Of a stretch of 64,000 nucleotides of DNA, positions 50,173-59,734 are shown piece by piece (positions within the stretch are counted from its first letter, which is position 1; each line of letters opens with the position of its first letter). This stretch comes from Promethearchaeota archaeon (GTDB lineage Archaea; Asgardarchaeota; Lokiarchaeia; Sigyniarchaeales; SOKP01). The notes under the pieces were generated by a model. The model did no database searches. It saw only the letters and a list, made by a program, of their open reading frames with translations, and was not told where the DNA came from. The position numbers were made by a program, and so were the translations under genes. Location: assembly GCA_048937405.1 (NCBI GenBank), contig JBHLNF010000006.1, positions 64,001-128,000 of the forward strand, read 5' to 3'.

Positions 50173-51045
50173 TTATTTCTCTAATATTTCTCGAATGGTC
50201 TTAACTGTTTCTTTAAAAGCTTTTGTGGATGCACTATCCGGATATTTTAATGTGAAAGGCATTCCTAGATCTCCTTGCTGACTTACTTCAATTTCAAAAG
50301 GAATTTTACCTAAAAATTTAACATTAAAGTCTTCAGCTGCTTTTGTTACTCCTCCTGGAGGATATAAATCAATATATTCCCCACAATGAGGACAATTGAA
50401 ACCAGACATGTTCTCAATTATACCTAAAACTTTACGTTCCATTATCTGAGCCATTCTTATAGTTTTTCTGGCATCCATTAATGCGACTTCTTGAGGGGTA
50501 GAAACTACAATAACATTTTCATCTGGAATAAGTTGTAAAATATCCAATGTCTCATCAGAAGTTCCTGGTGGCAAATCACAAATTAAATAGTCTAATTCTC
50601 CCCAAATTGCTTCTCCCAGAAATTGTCTCACAGCACTCATTTTCATGGGGCCCCTCCAAATAACAGGCGAGTCAGAACTTTCAATGAGAAATGCCATACT
50701 CATTGTTTTAAGGTTTAAAGGTCCGTTAACAGGATAAAATCTTTTCTTCTCAGAATCAACCCTAGGTTTAAGATTTGGGTCAATACCTAACATTTTCAAT
50801 ATATTTGGCCCTGTAATATCCACATCTAAAATTCCAACTCTCAATCCAAAACTGACTAAACTCATAGCAAGGTTTACTGCTACAGTAGTTTTTCCCACCC
50901 CACCTTTACCAGATATCACAACAATTTTATGTTTAATTTTACTCATATTTTCCTTAATATTTTCTATTAATTGATCCATTTTTTCTTTCTTTCCTTGTTC
51001 AACGGTCTTCTTTAAATCGATATCTGGGATTTCTTTATCTTGAAT
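50173..51045 (-). CDS. Mrp/NBP35 Fe-S carrier ATPase (copy 2; probable ATT start at 51045)
   Basis: Same motifs as copy 1. IQDKEIPDIDLK aligns with the N-terminus MSEKEIPDIDLK of copy 1, and GAGGTG lies just upstream. Confidence 0.93.
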   Translation of the reverse strand: MQDKEIPDIDLKKTVEQGKKEKMDQLIENIKENMSKIKHKIVVISGKGGVGKTTVAVNLAMSLVSFGLRVGILDVDITGPNILKMLGIDPNLKPRVDSEKKRFYPVNGPLNLKTMSMAFLIESSDSPVIWRGPMKMSAVRQFLGEAIWGELDYLICDLPPGTSDETLDILQLIPDENVIVVSTPQEVALMDARKTIRMAQIMERKVLGIIENMSGFNCPHCGEYIDLYPPGGVTKAAEDFNVKFLGKIPFEIEVSQQGDLGMPFTLKYPDSASTKAFKETVKTIREILEK

Positions 51046-51120
51046 AATCTTACACCTCTTAATTGTAATCAAATTTAATGGTTAAATTTATATACTTTCA
51101 AATTTTGTTATTAACTAATA

Positions 51121-51136
51121 ATGAATAATTATTCAT
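51121..51136. promoter_or_regulatory. Perfect palindrome ATGAATAATTATTCAT between divergent genes
   Basis: Read directly from the sequence. Confidence 0.75.
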
Positions 51137-51187
51137 TATTCATTAAAAACTTATTGATTAAAAATTGTAAAAGAAAAGGCTAAAAAA

Positions 51188-51613
51188 ATGAGTATTATTG
51201 CAGTACCTTCAATGGGTAATGGAGGTTTAAATGATCAGATAAGTCCTCGTTTTGGAAGATGTGCAAGTTTCACATTTGTCGAAGTTGAAAATACTGATAT
51301 CAAAGCTGTAAAAACCGTTCCCAATCCTGCTGCGAATGCGATGGGAGGTGCGGGAGTACAAGCAGCCCAGATAATTGGAAATAATGGTGCTAATATTGTA
51401 ATAGTTGGATTTTTAGGACCAAATGCTGCAAATGGACTTAATGCTTTAAATTTAGAGCTCGTTCAAGCTCCAAATGAAACTATGACAATAAAAGAAGTTA
51501 TAAATCTCTATTTAGAAGGAAAATTACAGAAAATCACCAGTTCAAATGTTGCATCACATTATGGAATGGGAGGCGGTCGAGGAATGGGTGGTGGTCGAGG
51601 AATGGGAAGATAA
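51188..51613 (+). CDS. NifB/NifX-family cluster-binding protein
   Basis: IAVP, RFGRC, GGAGVQAAQ, GPNA motifs; GMGGGR repeat tail. Confidence 0.93.
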   Translation: MSIIAVPSMGNGGLNDQISPRFGRCASFTFVEVENTDIKAVKTVPNPAANAMGGAGVQAAQIIGNNGANIVIVGFLGPNAANGLNALNLELVQAPNETMTIKEVINLYLEGKLQKITSSNVASHYGMGGGRGMGGGRGMGR

Positions 51614-51634
51614 AGTCAACCAAAAATAAAGTTT

Positions 51635-52588
51635 TTGTTAATTAAGAGAAAAACAGCTCTAATGTACCATATAAAACCTAAAATAATTTGTATTACTGGT
51701 GGTAAAGGAGGAACAGGAAAAACATTATGTGCTGTAAATCTTGCTGTTATGTTCAAAAATGAAGGAAATAAAGTTCTACTCATAGATGGTGATGTAGAGA
51801 ACCCTAATACATACTTATTATTAAATGGAAAACTTGAAAACAAAAAAGAAGTTCCTTTCTTTAAACCTAAAATTAATGAAAAAAAATGTTCTAAGTGTGG
51901 TTTATGTTCTCAAAATTGTTTATCAAATGCTCTTTTACATGTAAAAGATACATTTCCAATTCCAATGTTAACATTATGCTCTGGTTGTCAATTATGTTAT
52001 AAAATTTGTCCTGAAAATGCAATTGAAGCAGATTCAAAAACGATGGGATGGATTTACTCTACCAATGTTAACGGACTCCTTCTTTTACTAGGTGAATTAA
52101 AACCTTCAGAAGCCCGTTCAGCTGCAATAGTAGAAGCTCTTCTTGAAAAACTTGAAACCATTATTGAGAAAGAGCCTAATAAATTTGATATTATTATTTT
52201 AGATACTGCTCCAGGGGCTCATTGTGATGTTGAACTTTTAATTGCTGATGCAGATATTATAATTCCTATAACAGAACCAACAAAATTTGGTAAATTAGAT
52301 CTAATCAGAATAATGGAATTGATAAAATTATTAGGTAAAGAAACTCGCGTAATAGTAAATAGATCTTCATTATTAGGATTCAGAGAACAATTTTTAAATG
52401 AATTAGAGAAAGAAAATATTGAAATTTTGGGTGATATCCCTTTAGATTCCGATATCGTAGAATCATATTGTCAAGGAACTCCAATTATGGAAAAAAACAG
52501 CGGATTTAATAGAGAAGGCGCTGGTTATATTGGTTTCACTAAAATTTATGATAATTTGAAGAAATGGTTAAAAACAATAAAACAATAA
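51635..52588 (+). CDS. MinD-like P-loop ATPase with inserted ferredoxin domain (COG1149)
   Basis: GGKGGTGKT, DGDVENPN, two CxxCxxCxxxC(P) clusters, DTAPGAHC, TEPT. True start likely ATG 51662. Confidence 0.92.
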   Translation: MLIKRKTALMYHIKPKIICITGGKGGTGKTLCAVNLAVMFKNEGNKVLLIDGDVENPNTYLLLNGKLENKKEVPFFKPKINEKKCSKCGLCSQNCLSNALLHVKDTFPIPMLTLCSGCQLCYKICPENAIEADSKTMGWIYSTNVNGLLLLLGELKPSEARSAAIVEALLEKLETIIEKEPNKFDIIILDTAPGAHCDVELLIADADIIIPITEPTKFGKLDLIRIMELIKLLGKETRVIVNRSSLLGFREQFLNELEKENIEILGDIPLDSDIVESYCQGTPIMEKNSGFNREGAGYIGFTKIYDNLKKWLKTIKQ

Positions 52589-52606
52589 TTTAGAAGTGAA
52601 TGATAA

Positions 52607-53527
52607 ATGGAACGAAAGATAGTAGGTATAGTATCGGGGAAAGGAGGAGTAGGCAAAACTTCACTAACGGCTTCATTAGCGAGTTTGGCACAAAAGGATA
52701 TAAAAACCCAAGTTATTGTTATGGATTGTGATGTTGATGCTCCAAATTTAGCTATAATCCTTCCTGCTATAGATGAAGCAAAAATAAGAAAGGAAGACAC
52801 TTTTGCTACAAGAAAAGCTAAATTTCTTGAAGATCAATGTGTAAATTGTAAAAAATGCATTGATGATCACTTCTGTGAATTTAATGCTTTAAATTGGAAC
52901 AACCAAAATTCAATTCCAATAATTGATTTTTTAAAATGTGAAGGATGTGGGGCATGTAGAGTTTTATGTCCAGAACATGCTTTTGAAATCAATACTGTAA
53001 AAAGTGGAGAAATTATTTCATATATTAGTAAAATTGGATTTCCCCTAATTTATGGAAAAACACGATTAGGAAGTACAACTTCTGGAAAATTGGTATCAGA
53101 TGTTAAAGAATATATAAACAATTCAAAAGATATCAATAATAGTAATTTAATTTTAATTGATGGGCCCCCAGGAATTGGTTGTCCTGTAATTGCAACTGTT
53201 TCAAATTTAGACTATGTTATTACTATTTCTGAACCTACACCTTCAGGTTTGCATGACTTAATACGTGTAATAGAAGTTATTCAACATTTTGGAATTCCAT
53301 TTGGTTTGATTATTAACAAATCTGATTTAAAAAGTCCATTCACAGAAGAATTTCAAAATTTTATCTCTAATACAGGATATACAAAATTAGGAGAAATTCC
53401 TTTTGATTTATCAATACCAAAAGCAATGTCTTATGCTGAACCTGTGGTCGAATTTGCTCCTAATTCTAAAGCAAGTATAGCTATTAAAAACATTTTTGAA
53501 AATCTAAAAAAAATACTGTGGGAATAA
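52607..53527 (+). CDS. MinD-like P-loop ATPase with inserted ferredoxin domain (COG1149), second subunit
   Basis: SGKGGVGKT, DCDVDAPN, CEGCGACRVLCP, DGPPGIGCPV, EPTPSGLHDL motifs. Confidence 0.93.
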   Translation: MERKIVGIVSGKGGVGKTSLTASLASLAQKDIKTQVIVMDCDVDAPNLAIILPAIDEAKIRKEDTFATRKAKFLEDQCVNCKKCIDDHFCEFNALNWNNQNSIPIIDFLKCEGCGACRVLCPEHAFEINTVKSGEIISYISKIGFPLIYGKTRLGSTTSGKLVSDVKEYINNSKDINNSNLILIDGPPGIGCPVIATVSNLDYVITISEPTPSGLHDLIRVIEVIQHFGIPFGLIINKSDLKSPFTEEFQNFISNTGYTKLGEIPFDLSIPKAMSYAEPVVEFAPNSKASIAIKNIFENLKKILWE

Positions 53528-53580
53528 TATTAATTGAAAAAAATTGTCTTATGTTTGAATTAGAAAAAAAAAATCAGAAT

Positions 53581-54000
53581 TCAAATAAATTCTCTAACAA
53601 AATAATATACATTACCTGAATTACATTTAACACAATTAACTTTTGTATCTTTTGATGCAGTAGGATCTTCCCATTCATGATTACAATTTAAACATCCATA
53701 ACCTTTAAAACTTAATTTATAATCAAAATTTCCTCCATAAACTTTAATAGCTTTCCCCTCGATTAATGCGAGAGTATTTTTTTTATGAGCACTCTCAAGA
53801 ATTCTTGAGAATGTAGGTTGACTAATACCCATTCTTTCGGCTGCTGCTTTTTGATTCAAATTTAAATAATGTTTTAATCGCATAGCTTCAAATTCAGCAA
53901 TAGTTAAAGTTATTGATTCTTCAGTAATAATTGATTCTTTAGAAAAATAAAAATTATTAGGGGGTTGATTAACCCATCTTCGATGTCTTCTTCTCCCTAT
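53581..54000 (-). CDS. DUF134 HTH DNA-binding protein with C-terminal Zn ribbon (probable ATA start)
   Basis: The frame extends upstream as IGRRRHRRWVNQPP...LTIAEFEAMRL; Q..AA.RMGISQPTFSRIL; CLNCNHEW...CVKC. Confidence 0.9.
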   Translation of the reverse strand: MGRRRHRRWVNQPPNNFYFSKESIITEESITLTIAEFEAMRLKHYLNLNQKAAAERMGISQPTFSRILESAHKKNTLALIEGKAIKVYGGNFDYKLSFKGYGCLNCNHEWEDPTASKDTKVNCVKCNSGNVYYFVREFI

Positions 54001-54177
54001 ACCAAATCACCAAAAAGATAGTTATAAACTATTGTTTCTAATTTATTCACTATGTAAAATTATTAATTCAAGTTTTTATTATTAATTATTCAAAATTATT
54101 AAAAGATTTTTGTCAGGAAATTTTGTAATTAATCAAATCTCATGATTGTTTTTCCTTTCAACCTATTTTTGTGCTTG

Positions 54178-54214
54178 AAAAATAATTATTCATATTATGA
54201 ATAATTATTCATAA
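54178..54214. promoter_or_regulatory. Tandem operator-like palindromes including perfect TTATGAATAATTATTCATAA (54195-54214)
   Basis: Read directly from the sequence, between the divergent DUF134 and NifB/NifX genes. Confidence 0.75.
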
Positions 54215-54268
54215 AATATAAATACAATTGTAAATTAATAACAATATACATAATAAAATGAAAAAAAA

Positions 54269-54676
54269 ATGAAAATCGCTATTAGTACAGATTCAGGAAA
54301 TGTTTGTGCCCATTTTGGTCGAGCACCAGAATTTACTTTTATTACAATAGAAAATAGTAAAGTAGTAGATAAAAAGATACTTCCAAATCCAGGTCATACA
54401 GTAGGAAGTATACCACAATTTGTACATCAACAAGGAGCAAATTGTTTGATTGCAGGAGGTATGGGAAGAAGGGCTGAAGCTTTTTTTAATGAGTATGGAA
54501 TTGACGTTATTATTGGAGTTACTGGAAGAATTGATGATGTTATTCAACAAATACTGGACGGAACTCTAAAGGGTGGGGAGAGTTTATGTGCTCCTGGGGG
54601 TGGAAAGGGATATGGAGTTGAAAAAATCCATACTGAAGCTGATGACGATCACGAGCACCATCAATTTCATGGATAG
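54269..54676 (+). CDS. NifB/NifX-family protein with His/acidic tail
   Basis: KIAIST, HFGRAPEF, NPGH, GGMG motifs; tail HTEADDDHEHHQFHG. Confidence 0.93.
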   Translation: MKIAISTDSGNVCAHFGRAPEFTFITIENSKVVDKKILPNPGHTVGSIPQFVHQQGANCLIAGGMGRRAEAFFNEYGIDVIIGVTGRIDDVIQQILDGTLKGGESLCAPGGGKGYGVEKIHTEADDDHEHHQFHG

Positions 54677-54762
54677 AAATAATATAACTGATATATTTGA
54701 AAAGATAATATAGTATTTATTTCCTCTTTGTTTTATAAATCATTTTTAGGTTCAAGTTTCAT

Positions 54763-54972
54763 TCAATAATGAAGTTCTTTCTTTATTTCACCATTGGGTA
54801 ACATATTATCAGGATGACACTTTCCACTTTCTTCTAGTTTATATCTTATACACTCTTTATTTCCTATTAGACAATAATTCTCAACCCATTTTCGATCAAG
54901 TTTTCCATGATCAACAAAATACTTAATTGGGCAAACAGAATACCATTTACATATTCTATTTTCGTTTTTCAA
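54763..54972 (-). CDS. Small Cys-rich putative metal-binding protein
   Basis: CKWY..CP, WVENYC, C.RY, HPDNMLP motifs. Confidence 0.7.
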   Translation of the reverse strand: MKNENRICKWYSVCPIKYFVDHGKLDRKWVENYCLIGNKECIRYKLEESGKCHPDNMLPNGEIKKELHY

Positions 54973-55261
54973 TTTTAATTGTGTTCCCCAGTTAAATCAA
55001 AAAATTCGTATAATATAGACAATAATAATTTTTTTAAATATTTTCCTTAACACTTTTTCCCCTTTATTCTGACTATAATAGTTAACTGCTTTTTAGTAAT
55101 AATACTTTATATATAGATAGATTATCATTTTTATCGAAATTAATATTTTTATTAAATGAGAGCAATAAATGGATGATAAATTATATCTTTTAGCAAGTAA
55201 TTGGATTTCCGAATCAAAGCATTCAGTGTAACTATTGAAGCATTCAGTAGTTTAATTCTTA

Positions 55262-55699
55262 TCAAATAATTTCTGGTAAAATAGCATTACATGGGCAGGA
55301 TTTAAAACATTTTAAGCATTTAAAGCAGTTTTGAAATTTCCCTTCTTGGAATTCAATCCATTTATGCCCTGATTTTTTGTTTTTTTTTAATAAAAATAAA
55401 TTTTGAAAGCAAAAATTCTTCTCAATACAGACTTCGCATAACTTACATCTTTCTTGATTAATACGAAAACCAATTAATTTTCCTTCTTTAATTGAAATAA
55501 CCTCAATAGCACCATGTTCACATACATCTACACATTTTAAGCATCCTTGGCATTTATCATAATCCACATATCGCCGAGACTCCTTAAAGAAGATTGCCTT
55601 ACTTGGGCAACTATAGGAGCATCTTTGACATAGAACACATAGGTTTGGATTAATACTTATTGGAAAGAGTCTTTCATTTTTCATTATTATCTTTAACAA
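55262..55699 (-). CDS. Polyferredoxin / 4Fe-4S binding protein
   Basis: Four Cys clusters of the CxxCxxCxxxC type. Confidence 0.9.
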   Translation of the reverse strand: MLKIIMKNERLFPISINPNLCVLCQRCSYSCPSKAIFFKESRRYVDYDKCQGCLKCVDVCEHGAIEVISIKEGKLIGFRINQERCKLCEVCIEKNFCFQNLFLLKKNKKSGHKWIEFQEGKFQNCFKCLKCFKSCPCNAILPEII

Positions 55700-55764
55700 A
55701 TATAATGACTTAAACGAATTAATTTCATATACATAAGAAAAAAAAAAGAAAGATAGAATAATTT

Positions 55765-56274
55765 TTATTTTCGAATTTGTACTTTAGGTTGAATCTTAGA
55801 AGCTCCACCAAAATTCGTAATTACAGGGCAATGATTAAAAACTTTATCCATTAGTTCATTGATTTTTTCCTCTGGGGCATCTGCTTTAATTCTTATAACT
55901 GGTTCCAATTTATCATAACCAGCTATTTTTGAATCATCAATACCAAAAATAGCACCTAAATTTATATGACCCCTAGAAAAAACTTTTAATTCTTCGATTT
56001 TAATATCCATAATTTTTGCCCAAAATTTAGTCACAGCAATAATACAAGCACCAATAGAAGATAAAATAACTAATAATGGAGAAGGTCCTTTATTTGATCC
56101 ATCTAATCCACCAGGGGCATCTATTAATAGCTCAAAAGGGTCACCCGCAGGATTACCCATTGTGCATTTAACTTGCATACCTTCTGAAAGCATCTCGCAT
56201 TCAATGTTAAAGTTCTTTTCTCCAGCATTCCAATCTGCCTTGATGGCATCATACGTTTCTTTAAAACTTGGCAT
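55765..56274 (-). CDS. OsmC-family protein
   Basis: D.P..L.G.N.GPSP, GAC, HCPV motifs. Confidence 0.9.
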   Translation of the reverse strand: MPSFKETYDAIKADWNAGEKNFNIECEMLSEGMQVKCTMGNPAGDPFELLIDAPGGLDGSNKGPSPLLVILSSIGACIIAVTKFWAKIMDIKIEELKVFSRGHINLGAIFGIDDSKIAGYDKLEPVIRIKADAPEEKINELMDKVFNHCPVITNFGGASKIQPKVQIRK

Positions 56275-56319
56275 TTAAATTCATCTACTCTAATTTTAAA
56301 TTAATTATTTATTTTCATA

Positions 56320-56709
56320 TTAATGAGTGTGAGTATGTTCTGAGTTACTCGCGCAACTGGCATTAGCAAGTTGTGTTAAATTTCCCTCTAATAACATTTT
56401 AATATTTTTTTCAATAGTTCCGTTAATACCCTGAAATAAATTTATGTTAACTTGTTGAAAACCCATAAACGGACGCATCCCTATACCAGATAGAATCATA
56501 TCAGTAACATTTCTTTGTTTCATGTTCAATACTGGTTCCATACAGCCAGAATGTCCATTATTAGGTAATGCGAAGATTTTTTTGTATTTCATACCATCAT
56601 AGATTTCAATTCCAACAAAATAATTACAATGTCCAAAATGAGCCGAGATGTTATCAGAGATCTCAAGCCCATCAGAAGGAATTCCTATAATTCGTTTCAT
56701 TTTTCTCAC
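56320..56709 (-). CDS. NifB/NifX-family protein with His tail
   Basis: HFGHC, GH.GC, GIGMRP motifs; ends in EHTHTH. Confidence 0.9.
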   Translation of the reverse strand: MRKMKRIIGIPSDGLEISDNISAHFGHCNYFVGIEIYDGMKYKKIFALPNNGHSGCMEPVLNMKQRNVTDMILSGIGMRPFMGFQQVNINLFQGINGTIEKNIKMLLEGNLTQLANASCASNSEHTHTH

Positions 56710-56747
56710 ACTTTTTTTGAAATATTTTAGAAAAAAGTTATAATTTT

Positions 56748-56893
56748 TGAATAATTATTCTTAAAACTTAAACTTAATCATAAAATTTATCTTTTGGAAA
56801 AAAAAAATTTCTTTTCATGAATATTTATTCATAATCTTTAAATTGTTCGCAAACCCTATATAATATATTCAATTGATAATGAATATTCATTCA
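56748..56893. promoter_or_regulatory. Three further copies of the TGAATA-N2-TATTCA-like palindrome
   Basis: TGAATAATTATTCT (56748-56761), ATGAATATTTATTCAT (56817-56832), TGAATATTCATTCA (56880-56893). Confidence 0.7.
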
Positions 56894-56925
56894 GAATAAT
56901 AGCAATTAATAAAAGAAGAAAAAAT

Positions 56926-57120
56926 ATGAGAAGTTATAAAGAAATAATACAGGATGATATTTTCCATGCCGATGATGAATATCTTGTTGATTCAAAAGTA
57001 TATAAAATGTGCTGGGGTTGCGAGAAGAAATATAAATCAGGGCATATGGTTTGGGATAGTTCCAAATTCCGGAGAATTTTTCTTTGTGAAGATTGTTTTT
57101 CAAAATTAAAAAGAAAATAA
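56926..57120 (+). CDS. Small zinc-finger protein
   Basis: CWGC...LCEDC in 64 aa. Confidence 0.65.
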   Translation: MRSYKEIIQDDIFHADDEYLVDSKVYKMCWGCEKKYKSGHMVWDSSKFRRIFLCEDCFSKLKRK

Positions 57121-57386
57121 TTTCTCTCAAATATTTCAGGTGATATATTAGATTTATTACCTTATTTTTTTTTCTGAATTTCCTTTTTCTACTAATAGAA
57201 GAAAAAAAAAGATGAGTTTTGTTTATTTGAATAAACTATAGTAAGAAGGATTTTTTTTCTACTATTATACTATTAAATAATTTCAAAATATGATGTGATG
57301 GATGATATTTCATATTAAAAAAATAACTTATCTTTTCAATAATCGCATTTTCATTTTTTAAATAAATAATGATTTGTTGGAATCAT

Positions 57387-59657
57387 TTATCTATAAATTT
57401 CTTCTGGAGTTTCTTTAATAGACTCCCTATATGATTTAATTGCATTATCTGCACTCATTTTAATTTTTTTTATAGCTTCTTTAAAATCTTTTTGAGAAAT
57501 TTTAATATTAGAATAATCTTTAGGATTAGATACATCAATATCGGTTTGAAAAACTCCTTTTCGAATTGCTAAAATTGTAGCCTCTTCACATATTGCTTTT
57601 ATATCCGCACCTGAATAACCTTCCAATTCTTCAGCTAATAAGTCAATATCAACATTTTCATCAATAGGACGGTCGTTTAAATGAATTTTGAATATTTGTA
57701 TACGTGATTGTTTATCGGGTAATGGAATTTCAATGTGCCTACCAAACCGTCCTGATCTTAATAATGCAGGATCTAACAAATCAGGTCTATTTGTAGCTGC
57801 AATTATGATAACATCATTCAATTCTTCTAAACCATCAATTTCCGTTAATAATTGAGCAACAACTTGCTCTGTCACTTTAGAGCTTGAGGATTCCGAACGT
57901 TTAGTAGCAATAGCGTCAATCTCATCAAAGAAAATGATACATGGTGTCGATAAGCGTGCTTTTCGAAATGTTTCTCGTACAGCTTTAGCACTTTCTCCTA
58001 CCCATTTTGACAAGAATTCAGAACCTTTAACAGATATAAAATTTATCTCTGTTTCATGAGCAAGAGCTTTAGCTAATAAAGTTTTTCCTGTACCTGGTAC
58101 ACCATACATTAAAATACCACTAGGGGGTTTAGATTTCATGTGTTTATAAAAACCAGGGTATTTCAAGGGCCATTCAATAATTTCTTTCAATTGTAGCTTA
58201 GCTTCTTCTAGTCCACCAATGTTATTCCATCCTTCATTAGGTTGAGTGAATAATACCTCTCTTAAAGCAGAGGGTTCTATACTATTTAAGGCTTCTATAA
58301 AGTGTCTCATTTTAATATTAAGTTGATTTAGAATTCCTTCTGGAATAGGTTTATCCAAATCAATTTTAGGAATAATTTCACGAATTGCAAGTATAGCAGA
58401 TTCTTTGCAAAGTGATTTAATATCTGCTCCAACAAATCCATGAGTCTTGTTAGCTATTATTCTTAGATTCACATCATTATCTAATGGCATTCCTCTAGTA
58501 TGAATTAACAAAATCTCATATCGACCATTGCTATCAGGAACCCCAATTTCAATTTCTCTATCAAATCTACCTGGTCTTCTTAAGGCAATATCAATAGTAT
58601 TTATTTTATTTGTAGCACCTATAACAATTACCTCCCCTCTTCCTTTTAAACCATCCATAAGAGAAAGTAATTGAGCTACTATTCTTGATTCAACTTGATT
58701 CTTTCCTTCATCCCTTTTTGGAGCAATAGAATCTAATTCATCCAAAAAAATTATAGAAGGTGCATTTGATTTAGCTTCTTCAAAAATATTCCTTAAGTTT
58801 TCCTCACTCTGACCAAAAAATTTACTCATGATTTCAGGACCACTAATACTAATAAAGTGAGCATCGGTTTCAGAGGTAACTGCTTTTGCTAATAATGTTT
58901 TTCCAGTACCAGGAGGACCGTATAAAAGTACGCCTTTAGGTGGTTCTATTCCTATTTTTTTAAATAATTCTGGATGTCGTATTGGTAGCTCAATTATTTC
59001 TCTAATCTTTTGAATTGTATCTTCTAAACCTCCAATATCCTCGTATGTTACTTTTTCACGAATTTTTTGTAATTTTTTTCCTATATCACTTATTTCTTCA
59101 TATTTTACCTTTCTATCTTTAACTTCATTAATTTCTTCAGCTTGTTCTGTGAAAATTATTTTCGTATTCAAATTGATTATAACCGCTTCTGATTTTGGAG
59201 TATAATCTACAACAACTAAATCAATTCTATGCCCCATTGCATAGAAACTAAGACTATCATTTATTGATATAACTCTTTTTTCTAATTTCCTTGCTAAAGC
59301 TTGAGGATCACGTGGGATTAAATAATGAGTTAGACCTGTAAATGTAATAGTTTCGGCAGGATTTGCATTAATCTTTTCAATTTCTACTAAATCATCAATT
59401 GATGCACTTAAATTTCTTCTTAGAGAAGGATCAATTCTAATAACTCGCTTTCCAATATCCTCATCTTTACCTGATAATAATTTAGCAACTGTTATTCTAT
59501 CTATAAAAGGATGTGTAATTCTAATAATATCACCCACTTTTAATTTCAGTAAATTAATTATTTCAGGATCTACTCGTACTATTCCCCTCCCTGCATCCTC
59601 TTTAAATGCATCTTTAATTCTTAACTTTAATTCTGAATCTTTACTCTCCCTAATCAA
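57387..59657 (-). CDS. cdc48: CDC48/VCP-family AAA+ ATPase
   Basis: N-domain DAGRGIVR, two AAA modules ([16 protein letters not shown]), RPGRFDREI and RSGRFGR. Confidence 0.97.
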   Translation of the reverse strand: MIRESKDSELKLRIKDAFKEDAGRGIVRVDPEIINLLKLKVGDIIRITHPFIDRITVAKLLSGKDEDIGKRVIRIDPSLRRNLSASIDDLVEIEKINANPAETITFTGLTHYLIPRDPQALARKLEKRVISINDSLSFYAMGHRIDLVVVDYTPKSEAVIINLNTKIIFTEQAEEINEVKDRKVKYEEISDIGKKLQKIREKVTYEDIGGLEDTIQKIREIIELPIRHPELFKKIGIEPPKGVLLYGPPGTGKTLLAKAVTSETDAHFISISGPEIMSKFFGQSEENLRNIFEEAKSNAPSIIFLDELDSIAPKRDEGKNQVESRIVAQLLSLMDGLKGRGEVIVIGATNKINTIDIALRRPGRFDREIEIGVPDSNGRYEILLIHTRGMPLDNDVNLRIIANKTHGFVGADIKSLCKESAILAIREIIPKIDLDKPIPEGILNQLNIKMRHFIEALNSIEPSALREVLFTQPNEGWNNIGGLEEAKLQLKEIIEWPLKYPGFYKHMKSKPPSGILMYGVPGTGKTLLAKALAHETEINFISVKGSEFLSKWVGESAKAVRETFRKARLSTPCIIFFDEIDAIATKRSESSSSKVTEQVVAQLLTEIDGLEELNDVIIIAATNRPDLLDPALLRSGRFGRHIEIPLPDKQSRIQIFKIHLNDRPIDENVDIDLLAEELEGYSGADIKAICEEATILAIRKGVFQTDIDVSNPKDYSNIKISQKDFKEAIKKIKMSADNAIKSYRESIKETPEEIYR

Positions 59658-59734
59658 ATATTATCCCTCCTTTCTGATTTATTTATGAAAATAAAAAATT
59701 TAAAAAAAATAATTTAAATTTATTTTCTCATTCT

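Noticed and set aside
51561-51610. GGAATGGG..GG.GGTCGA tandem repeat
   Set aside because: It simply encodes the GMGGGR tail common to NifB/NifX-family proteins.
55217-55248. Direct repeat AAGCATTCAGT x2
   Set aside because: Only two short copies; not a CRISPR array and no clear function.
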